Shown here: piece after piece, positions 1 through 9,904 of the stretch
Numbering within the stretch: position 1 is the first letter of the stretch
Layout of the letters: each line of letters opens with the position of its first letter
Source: Candidatus Doudnabacteria bacterium RIFCSPHIGHO2_12_FULL_48_16
GTDB taxonomy: Bacteria > Patescibacteriota > Doudnabacteria > UBA920 > O2-02-FULL-48-8
Length of the DNA: 64,000 nucleotides
Direction: 5' to 3'
Assembly: GCA_001780035.1 (NCBI GenBank)
Contig: MFEY01000005.1
Span: 40,354-104,353, forward strand
Notes under the pieces: model-generated
What the model was told of the DNA's origin: nothing
The model's database searches: none
The model's input: only the letters and a program-made list of their open reading frames with translations
Made by a program: the position numbers and the translations under genes

Positions 1-384
1 CAGGCCTTAAATTCCAATTTTTCGATGCTGACCGCGCTGGTGCCAAATTTTGAAAATGAGTTTAGCTCATTTCAAGGTTTTGGCCGTATAATCCGCGATA
101 GCGATGGGCAGCTTTTAAAAATTCAAGAATTTGTCGATGCCAGCCCCAAGGAGCGAGACATCAGGGAGGTGAACCCTGGCATTTATCTCTTCAAAACTGA
201 TTGGCTTAGGCAGCACCTGCATCTGGTGCCGAAAAACAAACATGGCGAGCACTACCTGACAGATATGCTGGAACTGGCGATCAAGGAAGGCCAGGATATT
301 GCCACGGATACGGTGGATCCTCTGGAAGTTTACGGCATCAATACGCCTCAGCAGTTAAAGCAAGCAGAAGCGTTACTAAGATAG
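1..384 (+). CDS. sugar-1-phosphate nucleotidyltransferase, GlmU-like uridyltransferase domain, 5'-truncated
   Basis: The frame is open from position 1. The protein ends GEHYLTDMLELAI...VYGINTPQQL, which is typical of the GlmU N-terminal pyrophosphorylase domain. No LbH acetyltransferase domain follows. Confidence 0.6.
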   Translation, partial: QALNSNFSMLTALVPNFENEFSSFQGFGRIIRDSDGQLLKIQEFVDASPKERDIREVNPGIYLFKTDWLRQHLHLVPKNKHGEHYLTDMLELAIKEGQDIATDTVDPLEVYGINTPQQLKQAEALLR

Positions 385-408
385 CAAAATTGTCCAAAGG
401 AGGACGTT

Positions 409-714
409 ATGAAGTGGAGAGTTCATTGTTCGTTTCATTTTGTAGATCGTGCGGCCGATCTGCCGATCTACAACTATGACTTCGAAGAATCCGACCTGAA
501 AAAGGCGCATCGTCGGATCTTGACCTACGTTAAGACAAGAACGGCCAAGCTCGGTCGAGTCAGAGGAAAATGGTTTTGTCTGCTCGTGGCCATGCCATAC
601 TTGCCAAGTGGCAAAGTCCTTAACGGAGAGAAGATGGTCTGCTTGAAGCATGACTGCAGCGATCGGCGCATCATGAAGGCTACTGATCCTGACCAAGCCT
701 TTGTCTACGGTTAA
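409..714 (+). CDS. hypothetical protein
   Basis: 101-aa ORF with a strong AAGGAGG Shine-Dalgarno sequence 6 nt upstream at 397-403. I recognise no motif. Confidence 0.35.
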   Translation: MKWRVHCSFHFVDRAADLPIYNYDFEESDLKKAHRRILTYVKTRTAKLGRVRGKWFCLLVAMPYLPSGKVLNGEKMVCLKHDCSDRRIMKATDPDQAFVYG

Positions 715-813
715 GGTCCAAGAAAACCGATAACTCAATCGTTGAACCACAGTTTCAAACAAGGCAGAGCCCGCTCCGCCTTGTTCCCATTGAAGAGGGT
801 ATGAAATTTTGTT

Positions 814-1944
814 ATGCTATCAGCCATGAACACAGGTCCTAAAATCAAAAAAACCGTCATTGTCGGCATGTCGGGAGGAGTTGATTCCTCAGTTACCGCA
901 GTCTTGCTCAAACAGCAGGGCTTTGATGTGATTGGCGTGTTCATGAAAAATTGGAGCGAGGATTTTGGCGGTTACGGCTGCACCTGGGCCGAGGATGCGG
1001 AAGATGCCCGCAAGGTTGCCCAGGTTCTGAAAATTCCTTTTTATGTCTGGAATTTCGAGAAAGAATATCGGGCCAAGGTTGTGGACTATTTTTTGCGCGA
1101 ATACCGGGCCAACCGAACCCCCAATCCCGATGTGATGTGTAACAATGAGATTAAGTTCAAGTTTTTCTTGGATAAAGCCCTAAAGCTTGGCGCGGATTTC
1201 GTGGCGACCGGGCATTACGCGCGTATCACGAAACGCGTATCACGAAACGCGTATCACTTGCTCAAAGGCGTGGACCCGGCCAAGGACCAGAGTTATTTTT
1301 TGTATACCCTCAGGCAGAAACAGCTGGCAAAAATTTTATTTCCGATCGGGGGCTATAAAAAAAGCGAAATCCGCCGATTGGCCCGAAAATTCAAACTGCC
1401 AACTGCGGATAAAAAAGATTCCCAAGGCATTTGTTTTATCGGCAAAATCAATGTGGGTGAGTTTCTGCGCGCTCATATCCGGGCCAAGGCCGGCGATGTT
1501 GTGACCGCAACCGGCGAAAAAATCGGCCGCCACTCTGGATTGCCGTTTTACACGATCGGTCAGCGCGGCGGCATCGGAATCGGCGGGGGCGGCCCGTTTT
1601 ATGTCGTGGGCAAGGATCTCAAAAAGAATCAACTGGTCGTGACCAATAAGCCGGCGGATAAAAATTTATGGCGGCGGGAATTTTCGGTTTCAGACATCAG
1701 TTGGACCGGTCAGACCCCGAAATTGCCGCTGCGCGCCGGTGTCACGATCCGGTATCATCATCCGGAGCAGAAAGCCCTGATAGGGAGAATCCCGCCAAGA
1801 GGGCGGGCAGGCAAGAATCCCGCCAAAGGGGCGGCAAGAATCAAATTCGCAAAATCACAAAGGGCGATTACGCCTGGCCAAGCCGCGGTTTTTTATAAAA
1901 AAAATGAGTTACTCGGAGGGGGAATAATTGTTCATGTTTTTTAG
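814..1944 (+). CDS. mnmA: tRNA-specific 2-thiouridylase MnmA
   Basis: PP-loop motif GMSGGVDSSV and a C-terminal AITPGQAAVFY...LGGGII, both MnmA hallmarks. It carries internal tandem repeats, described in the findings. Confidence 0.9.
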   Translation: MLSAMNTGPKIKKTVIVGMSGGVDSSVTAVLLKQQGFDVIGVFMKNWSEDFGGYGCTWAEDAEDARKVAQVLKIPFYVWNFEKEYRAKVVDYFLREYRANRTPNPDVMCNNEIKFKFFLDKALKLGADFVATGHYARITKRVSRNAYHLLKGVDPAKDQSYFLYTLRQKQLAKILFPIGGYKKSEIRRLARKFKLPTADKKDSQGICFIGKINVGEFLRAHIRAKAGDVVTATGEKIGRHSGLPFYTIGQRGGIGIGGGGPFYVVGKDLKKNQLVVTNKPADKNLWRREFSVSDISWTGQTPKLPLRAGVTIRYHHPEQKALIGRIPPRGRAGKNPAKGAARIKFAKSQRAITPGQAAVFYKKNELLGGGIIVHVF

Positions 1945-1946
1945 AT

Positions 1947-1982
1947 GTAACAACCACCAACCTATCGCTTGGTGGTTGTTAC
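1947..1982 (+). terminator. intrinsic terminator hairpin after mnmA
   Basis: Perfect 14-bp stem gtaacaaccaccaa/ttggtggttgttac with an 8-nt loop, immediately after the stop codon. Confidence 0.55.
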
Positions 1983-2055
1983 AGAGAGAAAAAGTGAAAG
2001 GCCGGCGGATGGAATGTCCGTCGGCCGATCAATCGTTGGCGGGAGAAACCCGGAT

Positions 2056-2508
2056 CTAGCAGAGGATCATCCCCGACCATTCGGTGGATTGGACGACCAC
2101 TTGGTCCTGGTTCACGATCTCGGCCGCAATCTTGACCTTGCGTTTGCCGAGCCGTCGGTAGACCTTCTGCTCCTTGAGCATGAGACGCAGCGCAATGCTG
2201 TCCCCGGGGTAGACGGGAGCCAGGAAGTCACACAGCATCTGCGTGAAGAATGAGCCGTCGGTGAGGCCCAGCTCGTAAGCTATACCCATGAGCTGCGCAA
2301 TGCACAGGACGCCGGGCGCGACGCGGTTGCGAAAGTCTTGCGCGCGGGCGTACTCGTCGCTGGTGTGCATTCTGTTTCGATCGCCATGCTCGGCGACGAA
2401 ACGATCAATTTTGGCCTCGTCAATCGTGACAAAATGGCTTTCGATCACATCGCCGACCTCGTCGAGGCCGCTGACACGCTGAATCTCCGTGGTGCTCGGT
2501 GTCCGCAT
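2056..2508 (-). CDS. MaoC-like (R)-specific enoyl-CoA hydratase / hot-dog fold dehydratase
   Basis: MHTSDEYA resembles the MaoC IHTD motif, and the protein is hot-dog sized. Confidence 0.65.
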   Translation of the reverse strand: MRTPSTTEIQRVSGLDEVGDVIESHFVTIDEAKIDRFVAEHGDRNRMHTSDEYARAQDFRNRVAPGVLCIAQLMGIAYELGLTDGSFFTQMLCDFLAPVYPGDSIALRLMLKEQKVYRRLGKRKVKIAAEIVNQDQVVVQSTEWSGMILC

Positions 2509-2580
2509 AAAGCCCTCCTTAATAAGGCTGGCGAGATTGGTAAACGGAAAAACAAAAATCCAATGGCATAAGTATAAATT

Positions 2581-2610
2581 AAAAGCCCCTCTGGTTCAAG
2601 AGGGGCTTTT
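2581..2610 (-). terminator. intrinsic terminator downstream of hppA
   Basis: Perfect 12-bp stem aaaagcccctct/agaggggctttt with a 6-nt loop and a flanking T-run. Confidence 0.6.
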
Positions 2611-2623
2611 AATGTTGCGTTTG

Positions 2624-4621
2624 TTACACCAAGAAACTGACTATTAACAAGGCAACAATGTTGATAATCTTGATCATGGGGTTGATGGCCGGGCCGGCAG
2701 TGTCTTTGTATGGGTCGCCGACCGTATCGCCGGTTATCGCGGCCTGATGGGCTAAGGATTTTTTGCCGCCGTAATTGCCTTCTTCAATGAATTTTTTGGC
2801 ATTGTCCCAAGCGGCGCCGCCTGAAGTCATGGAGATGGCGACAAACAAACCGGTAATGATGGAACCGACCAAAACTCCGCCCAGAGCCTTAACGCCCAAG
2901 AAGGGAATGAAGCCGACGGCAATCGGGACCATAACCGGCAAGAGGGCCGGAATGATCATTTCTTTGATCGCGGCTTTGGTCACAATGTCGACGGCTCGGC
3001 CGTAATCCGGTTTGGCCGTGCCTTCCATGATTCCGGGAATTTCGCGAAACTGGCGGCGGACTTCTTCGACCACGGCATGGCCGGCGCGGCCCACGGCCTG
3101 CATGGCCATGGAGCCGAATAGGTAGGGGAGCAAAGCGCCAATCATTAATCCGGCCAAGACTTTGATATCTGAAAGGTCAAATGCCATTGGGTGCCCTAGG
3201 CCCTTGAGTTCTTCCGTATAAGAGGCAAACAAGACGACGGCGGCCAATCCAGCCGAAGCGATGGCATAACCCTTGGTTACGGCTTTGGTCGTATTGCCGA
3301 CTGCGTCGAGTGCATCGGTGTGCTCACGAACTTCTTGCGGCAGCCCGGACATTTCGGCAATGCCGCCGGCGTTGTCCGTAATCGGGCCGAACGCATCAAT
3401 GGCCACGATTATGCCGGCCATCGAAAGCATGGAGACCACGGCAATGGCCGAGCCGTAAAGGCCCATGTAGTGATAAGAAACCATAATGCCGCCGATGATA
3501 ACCAGAACCGGCAGGGCGGTGGATTGCATGGAGACAGCCAGCCCGGTGATGATGTTGGTGCCATGGCCGGTGGTTGAAGCCTCGGCGATTGATTGCACGG
3601 GCCGGTATTGTTTGGAAGTGTAGTATTCCGTGATCACCACCATGGCAGCGGTCACCACCAAGCCCACGAAGGAAGCGTAAAGCAAGCCGGTGCCGAAGAA
3701 GGGAATAAACAAGCTTTTGGTTACCCAGTAAAATCCAACCGCGGCCAGCAGGCCGGAAACGATCAGACCTTTATAGAGAGCGGCCATGATTCCCTTATTG
3801 ACCAAGCGGACGAAGAAGGTGCCGATGATCGAAGCGAAGATCGAAATGGCGCCCAAAGCGAGTGGGTAAAGAACGAAGGTCGTGTTGCCCTGGAATAAAA
3901 TATTGCCCAGGAGCATGGCGGCAATGGTCGTGACGGCATAAGTTTCAAACAGATCCGCCGCCATGCCGGCGCAGTCACCAACATTATCACCAACGTTATC
4001 GGCGATAACCGCTGGGTTTCTTGGATCATCCTCGGGAATGCCGGCTTCAATTTTGCCGACCAAATCTGCGCCGACATCGGCGCCCTTGGTAAAAATGCCG
4101 CCGCCGAGGCGAGCAAATACCGAAATCAAGCTGCCGCCGAAACCGAGGCCAATCAGCGCCTTGATGTCACCGGTAAAATGGTAAAAGAGTGAGACGGACA
4201 GTAGGCCCAAACCGACCACAAACATGCCAGTTACTGCACCGCCCCGAAAGGCCATGTCGAAAGCGGCGGTCAGGCCCTGTTTCGCGCCTTCAGCAGTGCG
4301 AACATTGGCCCGCACAGCCACAAACATTCCGATAAAGCCGGCTAAGGCCGAGGCCACGGCCCCGACAATAAACCCTTCGGCCGTATGGGCGCCGAGGAAT
4401 TTCCAGATGACAATGGCCAAAATTACAGCCACCACGCCCACGGTTTTGTATTGGCGGGCCAGATAGGCGGTAGCGCCTTCTTGGATGGCTTTGGCGATTT
4501 CCTGCATCTTTTCGTTGCCAGCCCCTTTCTGCATCACGAGCCAGGTTAGGATAAACCCATAAACAATCGCGGCCAATCCCGCGATTACGGCAAACCCGAT
4601 GATATTGGATTCGGATAACAT
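2624..4621 (-). CDS. hppA: membrane-bound H+/Na+-translocating pyrophosphatase
   Basis: 665 aa and polytopic. Motifs [26 protein letters not shown] and [13 protein letters not shown] are diagnostic of V-PPase. Confidence 0.95.
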   Translation of the reverse strand: MLSESNIIGFAVIAGLAAIVYGFILTWLVMQKGAGNEKMQEIAKAIQEGATAYLARQYKTVGVVAVILAIVIWKFLGAHTAEGFIVGAVASALAGFIGMFVAVRANVRTAEGAKQGLTAAFDMAFRGGAVTGMFVVGLGLLSVSLFYHFTGDIKALIGLGFGGSLISVFARLGGGIFTKGADVGADLVGKIEAGIPEDDPRNPAVIADNVGDNVGDCAGMAADLFETYAVTTIAAMLLGNILFQGNTTFVLYPLALGAISIFASIIGTFFVRLVNKGIMAALYKGLIVSGLLAAVGFYWVTKSLFIPFFGTGLLYASFVGLVVTAAMVVITEYYTSKQYRPVQSIAEASTTGHGTNIITGLAVSMQSTALPVLVIIGGIMVSYHYMGLYGSAIAVVSMLSMAGIIVAIDAFGPITDNAGGIAEMSGLPQEVREHTDALDAVGNTTKAVTKGYAIASAGLAAVVLFASYTEELKGLGHPMAFDLSDIKVLAGLMIGALLPYLFGSMAMQAVGRAGHAVVEEVRRQFREIPGIMEGTAKPDYGRAVDIVTKAAIKEMIIPALLPVMVPIAVGFIPFLGVKALGGVLVGSIITGLFVAISMTSGGAAWDNAKKFIEEGNYGGKKSLAHQAAITGDTVGDPYKDTAGPAINPMIKIINIVALLIVSFLV

Positions 4622-4794
4622 AAGTTAAAAATTTCTAAATTCTAATGACTAATTGACCTGAGCATTATAGCCCAAAGTGTCGGCTTTTTCAAGCTTAGAT
4701 TGAGCCCTTGATTTTTTAGTAGATTCATATATAGTAACCCTAATTACGGTTGGGGATGGACTTATCGTAAACGTGCAAAGCAATAGGAGGCATC

Positions 4795-4977
4795 GTGAGA
4801 GCAAAGACTCATACGGAAGCAAGGCCGATCGAAGACACGAGCACCAACAAATCGGTCGAGGAACTTCTCGCCGAAGCCGTGCCGCCGACGAAGCACAGGA
4901 TCCCGTGGATCCTCATCACCTTCATCCTGATCGCCGCGGGCATCGCGCTCGGTATTTTCAAGGGTGTGCTCTCGTAG
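4795..4977 (+). CDS. small membrane protein
   Basis: 60 aa with a C-terminal TM helix. GGAGG lies 6 nt upstream of the ATG, and a terminator hairpin follows. Confidence 0.4.
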   Translation: MRAKTHTEARPIEDTSTNKSVEELLAEAVPPTKHRIPWILITFILIAAGIALGIFKGVLS

Positions 4978-5003
4978 CCGGCCGTGCGGCCGGCGCCCTT
5001 TAG

Positions 5004-5040
5004 AGGGTCGGGTGGACACATGTGCCGCCCGACCCTGTTT
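5004..5040 (+). terminator. intrinsic terminator
   Basis: agggtcgggtgg-acacatgtg-ccgcccgaccct hairpin followed by gttttgttt. Confidence 0.5.
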
Positions 5041-5067
5041 TGTTTATATGTTAAAATTAGTCCATAT

Positions 5068-5172
5068 ACCCCGTTAGAAGTAAAAAAATAGTAACTGCTC
5101 TCTCGGAGGTGAATAATTTTTTATATCTTAATTCGATTATATTTTAATGTCTTCAGAAACTTCTAACGGGGT
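5068..5172. repeat. inverted-repeat (MITE-like) element, copy A
   Basis: Perfect 14-bp TIRs: accccgttagaagt at 5068-5081 and acttctaacggggt at 5159-5172, around an AT-rich 77-bp core. The right TIR overlaps the 5' end of the GT2 gene. Confidence 0.7.
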
Positions 5173-5872
5173 GAAATACCAAAAAGTCAGCATTGTCATT
5201 CCCGTTTACAACGAACGAGCAACGATTGAGCAGGTCTTGGCTCAGGTTCGGGCGGCGTCGACTCTTGGTTTGGAAAAAGAAATCATTCTGGTGGATGATT
5301 GTTCCACCGACGGCACGAGAGAATTTTTGGCAACTTTAATCGATGAAAATTTTAAAGTTTTTTTGCAGGATAAGAACACGGGCAAGGGCGGGGCGCTCCA
5401 TTATGGATTTGAACAAGCCAGCGGGGATATCGTGATCATCCAGGATGCGGATTTGGAGTATGATCCGGCCGATATCCAGAAAATTTTAGAGCCGTTTATG
5501 AAAAATGGCGCCGAGGTCGTCTACGGATCCCGCTACCTTCAGCCGAGCGTCGGATTAAAATTTTGGCACAGTTTTTTTAATAAACTCTTTACTCAAGTTA
5601 GTAACCTTTTGATCGGCCAGAAAATTACCGACATTATGACTTGTTACAAAGCTTTTAGCCGTAAGGCGATTGGCAGTTTCGTCCAAAAGCTGCAATCGCA
5701 GCGATTTGGGTTTGAGCCGGAAGTGACGGCGCGGGTCAGCCAGGCCGGTTTTAGAATTGTCGAAGTTCCGGTCTCATACCGCCCGCGGTCGCACACCGAA
5801 GGTAAGCATATGAATTTAAAAGGCCAGCTAGAATCGCTGGCCGCCTTGATCAAATACAGTTTATTTGGTTAG
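5147..5872 (+). CDS. family 2 glycosyltransferase (Dpm1/polyprenol-phosphate mannose synthase-like)
   Basis: VSIVIPVYNE...DDCSTDGT...IQDADLEYDP is the GT2 DxD signature. The native start may be the GTG at 5171 (MKYQKVSIVIP), directly after the TIR. The listed ATG at 5147 lies inside the element. Confidence 0.85.
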   Translation: MSSETSNGVKYQKVSIVIPVYNERATIEQVLAQVRAASTLGLEKEIILVDDCSTDGTREFLATLIDENFKVFLQDKNTGKGGALHYGFEQASGDIVIIQDADLEYDPADIQKILEPFMKNGAEVVYGSRYLQPSVGLKFWHSFFNKLFTQVSNLLIGQKITDIMTCYKAFSRKAIGSFVQKLQSQRFGFEPEVTARVSQAGFRIVEVPVSYRPRSHTEGKHMNLKGQLESLAALIKYSLFG

Positions 5873-6639
5873 GAAATTTTACGATAGCGATAAACGGCCA
5901 GCGGCACAAACACAATCAGGAGCGCCGCGGCCCAAATTAGGGAATACCAGACATTGTCGCCCACCGGGGTGCCCAACGATAAAGCCCGGACAGTATTGGT
6001 CGTATAACTGATCGGATTGTGTTCGGCGAACCATTTGACTGGGCCGGATAAGGTATTGGTGGGCACGAAAATCGAACTGGCGAAAACGAGCGGGAAGACC
6101 CAAATAAATCCGGCGGTTTGGGCGATTTCGACGTTTTTGACAGCCAGTCCGATGGTCGCAGAAACCCAGGAAAAGGCAAAGCCGAACAAGAGCGTCAAAA
6201 GGATGGCCAGGAAATATTTGAAGAATCCATGCTCAATGCGAAATCCGATGGCGTAACCCACCAAAGTCATAACGATGATGACGAAAAAATTGCGAATCGT
6301 TTCAGAAATTGTTCGGCCGGCCAGGACCGCGGAGCGGGCCATAGGCAGGGAGCGGAACCGGTCAATCATGCCTTTGGACAAGTCATCAGCCAAGCCCACG
6401 CCAGTCATCATGGCGCCGAAGATCACGGTCTGCACGATAATTCCCGGAATCAAGTAATTGATGTATTTCGTATCCGTGTGAATCGCGCCGCCAAAGACGT
6501 AGGCAAAGAGTAGGACAAACATTACAGGTTGGATGAAAGAAAACACGATTAACTGCGGCATGCGGCGGTAGCGCAGGAGGTTGCGTTTGACCATAATCAA
6601 AATGTCAGTGAGAGTTCTATTCATTGGATTGGGTGCCAT
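5869..6639 (-). CDS. ABC-2 family transporter permease
   Basis: Six-TM ABC-2 type permease, overlapping the ATPase gene upstream. Confidence 0.8.
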   Translation of the reverse strand: MAPNPMNRTLTDILIMVKRNLLRYRRMPQLIVFSFIQPVMFVLLFAYVFGGAIHTDTKYINYLIPGIIVQTVIFGAMMTGVGLADDLSKGMIDRFRSLPMARSAVLAGRTISETIRNFFVIIVMTLVGYAIGFRIEHGFFKYFLAILLTLLFGFAFSWVSATIGLAVKNVEIAQTAGFIWVFPLVFASSIFVPTNTLSGPVKWFAEHNPISYTTNTVRALSLGTPVGDNVWYSLIWAAALLIVFVPLAVYRYRKIS

Positions 6640-7717
6640 GACCGGTTAATTTCATAAACACATCGTCGAGACTGGGCCTGCGCAGAATAATATCAGAGAG
6701 TTTCAGTTGCGCGCTATCGAGGCGGCGAACTACTTCCACCAGGATTGATGGGCCTTGGCTAGTGGGCATGATCACAATGCCATTACTAGAATTGGCCTGC
6801 GGCTCACCATCTCCGAATTCTTTTATCAGCTCCGCGGCTTGACTGACGTCGTCGTGATTGGTCATGTGCAACTCCAATACATCTCCGCCGACTTGTTTTT
6901 TGAGTTCATTGGCAGTGCCTTGAGCGATGATGTGTCCGTGATCAATGACGAAGATATGATTGGCAAGCTGATCGGCCTCTTCCATGTATTGGGTGGTCAG
7001 CAGCACCGTGGTGCCTTCCTCCACCAATTCCCGGATAACATTCCAGAGCGTAAAGCGGGAGCGGGGATCCAGGCCGGTGGTCGGTTCATCCAAGAATAAA
7101 ATTTTAGGGTGGTTAACCAGGCTTGCAGCCAAATCCAACCGGCGGCGCATCCCACCAGAATAAGTTTTGACCGGCCGGTCAGCGGCGTCTTCTAAATCAA
7201 ATTGTTTGAGCAATTCGGCGGCCCGCGCTTTGGCTGTGGCTGGATTCAGGTGATAAAGTTGGCCGACCATGTCCAAATTTTCCCGGCCGCTCAAGACTTC
7301 ATCCACGGCCGCGTATTGGCCGGCCAGACCGATAGCAGAGCGCAGTTTCTGGGGTTGCGTCACGACATTTAACCCATTGACCGTGGCTTCGCCGGAAGTG
7401 GGCAATAGCAGTGTGGCGAGAATTCGAACCAAGGTCGTTTTGCCAGCGCCATTGGGCCCGAGCAGGGCTGTGACAGCACCACGCTTAACTTCCAGACTGA
7501 TATTATCGAGTGCTTTGGTTTTGTCGTATTGCTTGCTGATACCGCGCACGGAAATAATTGCATCGGCTGATGCGCCAGCGGGGCGAGGCGGTTCCAAAAC
7601 AAATTCCAAGATTTCATGAGCTTGCCAGCCAGCATCGGTGAGAGCTTTCATGATCTGTTCATTCGTGAGCCCGTGGTGACGAGCTTCTTTGATATATTGT
7701 GTAACTTGATGAGACAT
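6617..7717 (-). CDS. ABC transporter ATP-binding protein with extra N-terminal ~45-aa helical module
   Basis: Walker A GPNGAGKTT, signature YSGGMRRRL and Walker B ILFLDEPTTGLD. The N-terminal QYIKEARHHGLTNEQIMKALTDAGWQAHEI module recurs in ORF 16214..16834. Confidence 0.85.
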   Translation of the reverse strand: MSHQVTQYIKEARHHGLTNEQIMKALTDAGWQAHEILEFVLEPPRPAGASADAIISVRGISKQYDKTKALDNISLEVKRGAVTALLGPNGAGKTTLVRILATLLLPTSGEATVNGLNVVTQPQKLRSAIGLAGQYAAVDEVLSGRENLDMVGQLYHLNPATAKARAAELLKQFDLEDAADRPVKTYSGGMRRRLDLAASLVNHPKILFLDEPTTGLDPRSRFTLWNVIRELVEEGTTVLLTTQYMEEADQLANHIFVIDHGHIIAQGTANELKKQVGGDVLELHMTNHDDVSQAAELIKEFGDGEPQANSSNGIVIMPTSQGPSILVEVVRRLDSAQLKLSDIILRRPSLDDVFMKLTGHGTQSNE

Positions 7718-7797
7718 AGGGTATAATTGTATCCGGTTAGCGAGAGATTCGCAAGATCTTTAAAAAGGTGACCAGATATGTTAAAATAAATTGCTTT

Positions 7798-7871
7798 TGG
7801 GGAGTAGCCAAGCGGTAAGGCAACGGACTCTGAATCCGTCATCGTAGGTTCGATCCCTACCTCCCCAGCCA
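7798..7871 (+). tRNA. tRNA-Gln (anticodon CUG)
   Basis: Hand-folded cloverleaf. Acceptor stem tggggag/ctcccca, anticodon stem acgga/tccgt with loop ctCTGaa, T-arm gtagg-ttcgatc-cctac, and an encoded CCA. Confidence 0.8.
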
Positions 7872-7945
7872 AATAATCTTTTTATTGTGGGCGACCGAGG
7901 ATCGTTAAGAGCAACTTATTTATTTGGATTAAATCAAAATATTAT

Positions 7946-8752
7946 ATGGACATCGCTTTCATTAGTAGGACCAGTGGAGAAAAAATAAGTGACGATTTAA
8001 ATGAACGCTTGGATGAAATTGAGAAAGTAACCGGTCATAAAATTGCGGTGTATATTTTGTCTGGGTTTGATTTTGATGATGAGATTAATAAATCAAAGAA
8101 ATTATCTATTGAGATAATTAAAGTAGACGATCCGATAAGTCCTGTATCAATAAATTCTGTGCTAGAGTATATGAATAAGACAAGGAATGATCCCGAGGCG
8201 TTGTTTATCTTTTCGCAAGAAACTGTATTTACTACAGAGAACATACAAGCGCTCATTACAGAACTGCAAAATAAAGAAACATTATTAGTCGCTGGATACA
8301 AATTTGAGATTGTTGAGGATCGTGGCAAAATCAATCAAAAATTGAACGATGAGCTTAAAAGCTATTATGCAAACGAAGATTTAATTGCATATCGTGTACC
8401 TTGGAACACATGTGCGATATGGAACTATGACTTGTTTAAACAATATATTGGTAAGTTTGATGAAATAACAATGGGGAGATATCCTTTCTTTCAATTTCCA
8501 GTCACTATAGATGGGGTCTCCAGTTTAACAGATCATAAGGGTATGGAGGACGGCTTGGCTATTGCAAAAGCTGCTTCACAATCGAGAAATATTCATTTTA
8601 AATTGCTCCCAACGGCATTGCCTTGGAAAGTAACTGAAGATAAAATAAATAACCATCGTAAAAAACTGGCCAGGAAAGATTATGTCATGAGGAACTTCAT
8701 GGCCATGAGAAATTATTCAATAGAGGCTTTAGAAGCCGCCGAAGTAAAATAG
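7946..8752 (+). CDS. hypothetical protein in an AT-rich islet next to tRNA-Gln
   Basis: 268-aa ORF that is visibly more AT-rich than its neighbours. No confident family assignment. Confidence 0.5.
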   Translation: MDIAFISRTSGEKISDDLNERLDEIEKVTGHKIAVYILSGFDFDDEINKSKKLSIEIIKVDDPISPVSINSVLEYMNKTRNDPEALFIFSQETVFTTENIQALITELQNKETLLVAGYKFEIVEDRGKINQKLNDELKSYYANEDLIAYRVPWNTCAIWNYDLFKQYIGKFDEITMGRYPFFQFPVTIDGVSSLTDHKGMEDGLAIAKAASQSRNIHFKLLPTALPWKVTEDKINNHRKKLARKDYVMRNFMAMRNYSIEALEAAEVK

Positions 8753-8762
8753 ATTGTAATAA

Positions 8763-9899
8763 ATGGATATAAACGAAGAATCATTACAGCTGCACGAAAA
8801 GCATCGCGGCAAGTTGGAAATCAAAAGCAAAATTCCGCTTGAGGACAAACATGACTTGGCTGTGGCTTATACGCCGGGCGTGGCCGCGGTGAGCCTCGCG
8901 ATTGGCAAAGACAAAAGTTTGGCCCGCGAATACACGATCAAGCACAACACAGTTGCGATAGTCTCGGACGGCTCCGCCATCCTGGGTCTCGGAAACTTGG
9001 GACCGGAAGCGGCATTGCCGGTCATGGAAGGCAAGGCGATTTTATTTAAGCAGTTCGGCAATATTGATGCTTTCCCCATTTGCCTTGATACGCAAGACAC
9101 CGAGGAGATTATAAAGACGGTCAAACACCTGGCACCGGTGTTTGGTGGCATCAATCTGGAAGATATTTCGGCGCCGCGCTGCTTTGAAATCGAGCGGCGG
9201 CTGCGTGCGGAATTGGACATTCCAGTTATGCATGATGACCAACACGGCACGGCTGTGGTGGTCCTGGCCGCGCTGATCAATTCACTCAAGCTTCGCGGCC
9301 TGACAAAAGAGCAAGTCAAAATTGTCATTAACGGCGCGGGCGCGGCCGGATTGGCCGTAACGCAATTATTGCTCGAATACGGATTTAAAAATATAGTAGT
9401 TGGTGATACCAAAGGCGCGATTTTTGAAGGCCGGGCTGGACTCAATGACGAGAAAGTTTTAATAGCCAAATCCACGAATCGGGAAAAAATAAAAGGGGAT
9501 CTGGCTCTGATAATTAAAGCCACGGACATTTTTGTCGGCCTGAGTAAACCGAATTTGCTGTTGCCGGAGATGATTCGGAGCATGAATGAAAAACCAATTA
9601 TCCTGGCTTTGGCCAATCCGGTGCCGGAGATCATGCCGGATCAGGCCCACTCTGCCGGCGCGTTCATTGTGGCCACCGGGCGGTCGGATTTCCCCAATCA
9701 GATCAACAATGTCCTGGCTTTTCCTGGGATTTTTCGCGGCGCTTTGGACAACGGAGTTGTCCAATTTTCCTCGACAATGTTCATCAACGCCGCCAATGCC
9801 CTGGCCGGTTTTGTGCAAAATCCCGCTCCGGATAAGATTTTGCCATCCGTATTTGATCCGGGCGTGGCCGCAGCCGTGGCTAAAGCCATTATTAAATAA
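8763..9899 (+). CDS. NAD(P)-dependent malic enzyme (short form)
   Basis: AYTPGVA...IVSDGSAILGLGNLGPEAALPVMEGKAILFK is the malic enzyme signature. Confidence 0.9.
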   Translation: MDINEESLQLHEKHRGKLEIKSKIPLEDKHDLAVAYTPGVAAVSLAIGKDKSLAREYTIKHNTVAIVSDGSAILGLGNLGPEAALPVMEGKAILFKQFGNIDAFPICLDTQDTEEIIKTVKHLAPVFGGINLEDISAPRCFEIERRLRAELDIPVMHDDQHGTAVVVLAALINSLKLRGLTKEQVKIVINGAGAAGLAVTQLLLEYGFKNIVVGDTKGAIFEGRAGLNDEKVLIAKSTNREKIKGDLALIIKATDIFVGLSKPNLLLPEMIRSMNEKPIILALANPVPEIMPDQAHSAGAFIVATGRSDFPNQINNVLAFPGIFRGALDNGVVQFSSTMFINAANALAGFVQNPAPDKILPSVFDPGVAAAVAKAIIK

Positions 9900-9904
9900 C
9901 AACC

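Noticed and set aside
760-784. caaggc...gccttg weak hairpin between ORF 409..714 and mnmA
   Set aside because: Short stem with a 13-nt loop and no T-run. It is not convincing as a terminator.
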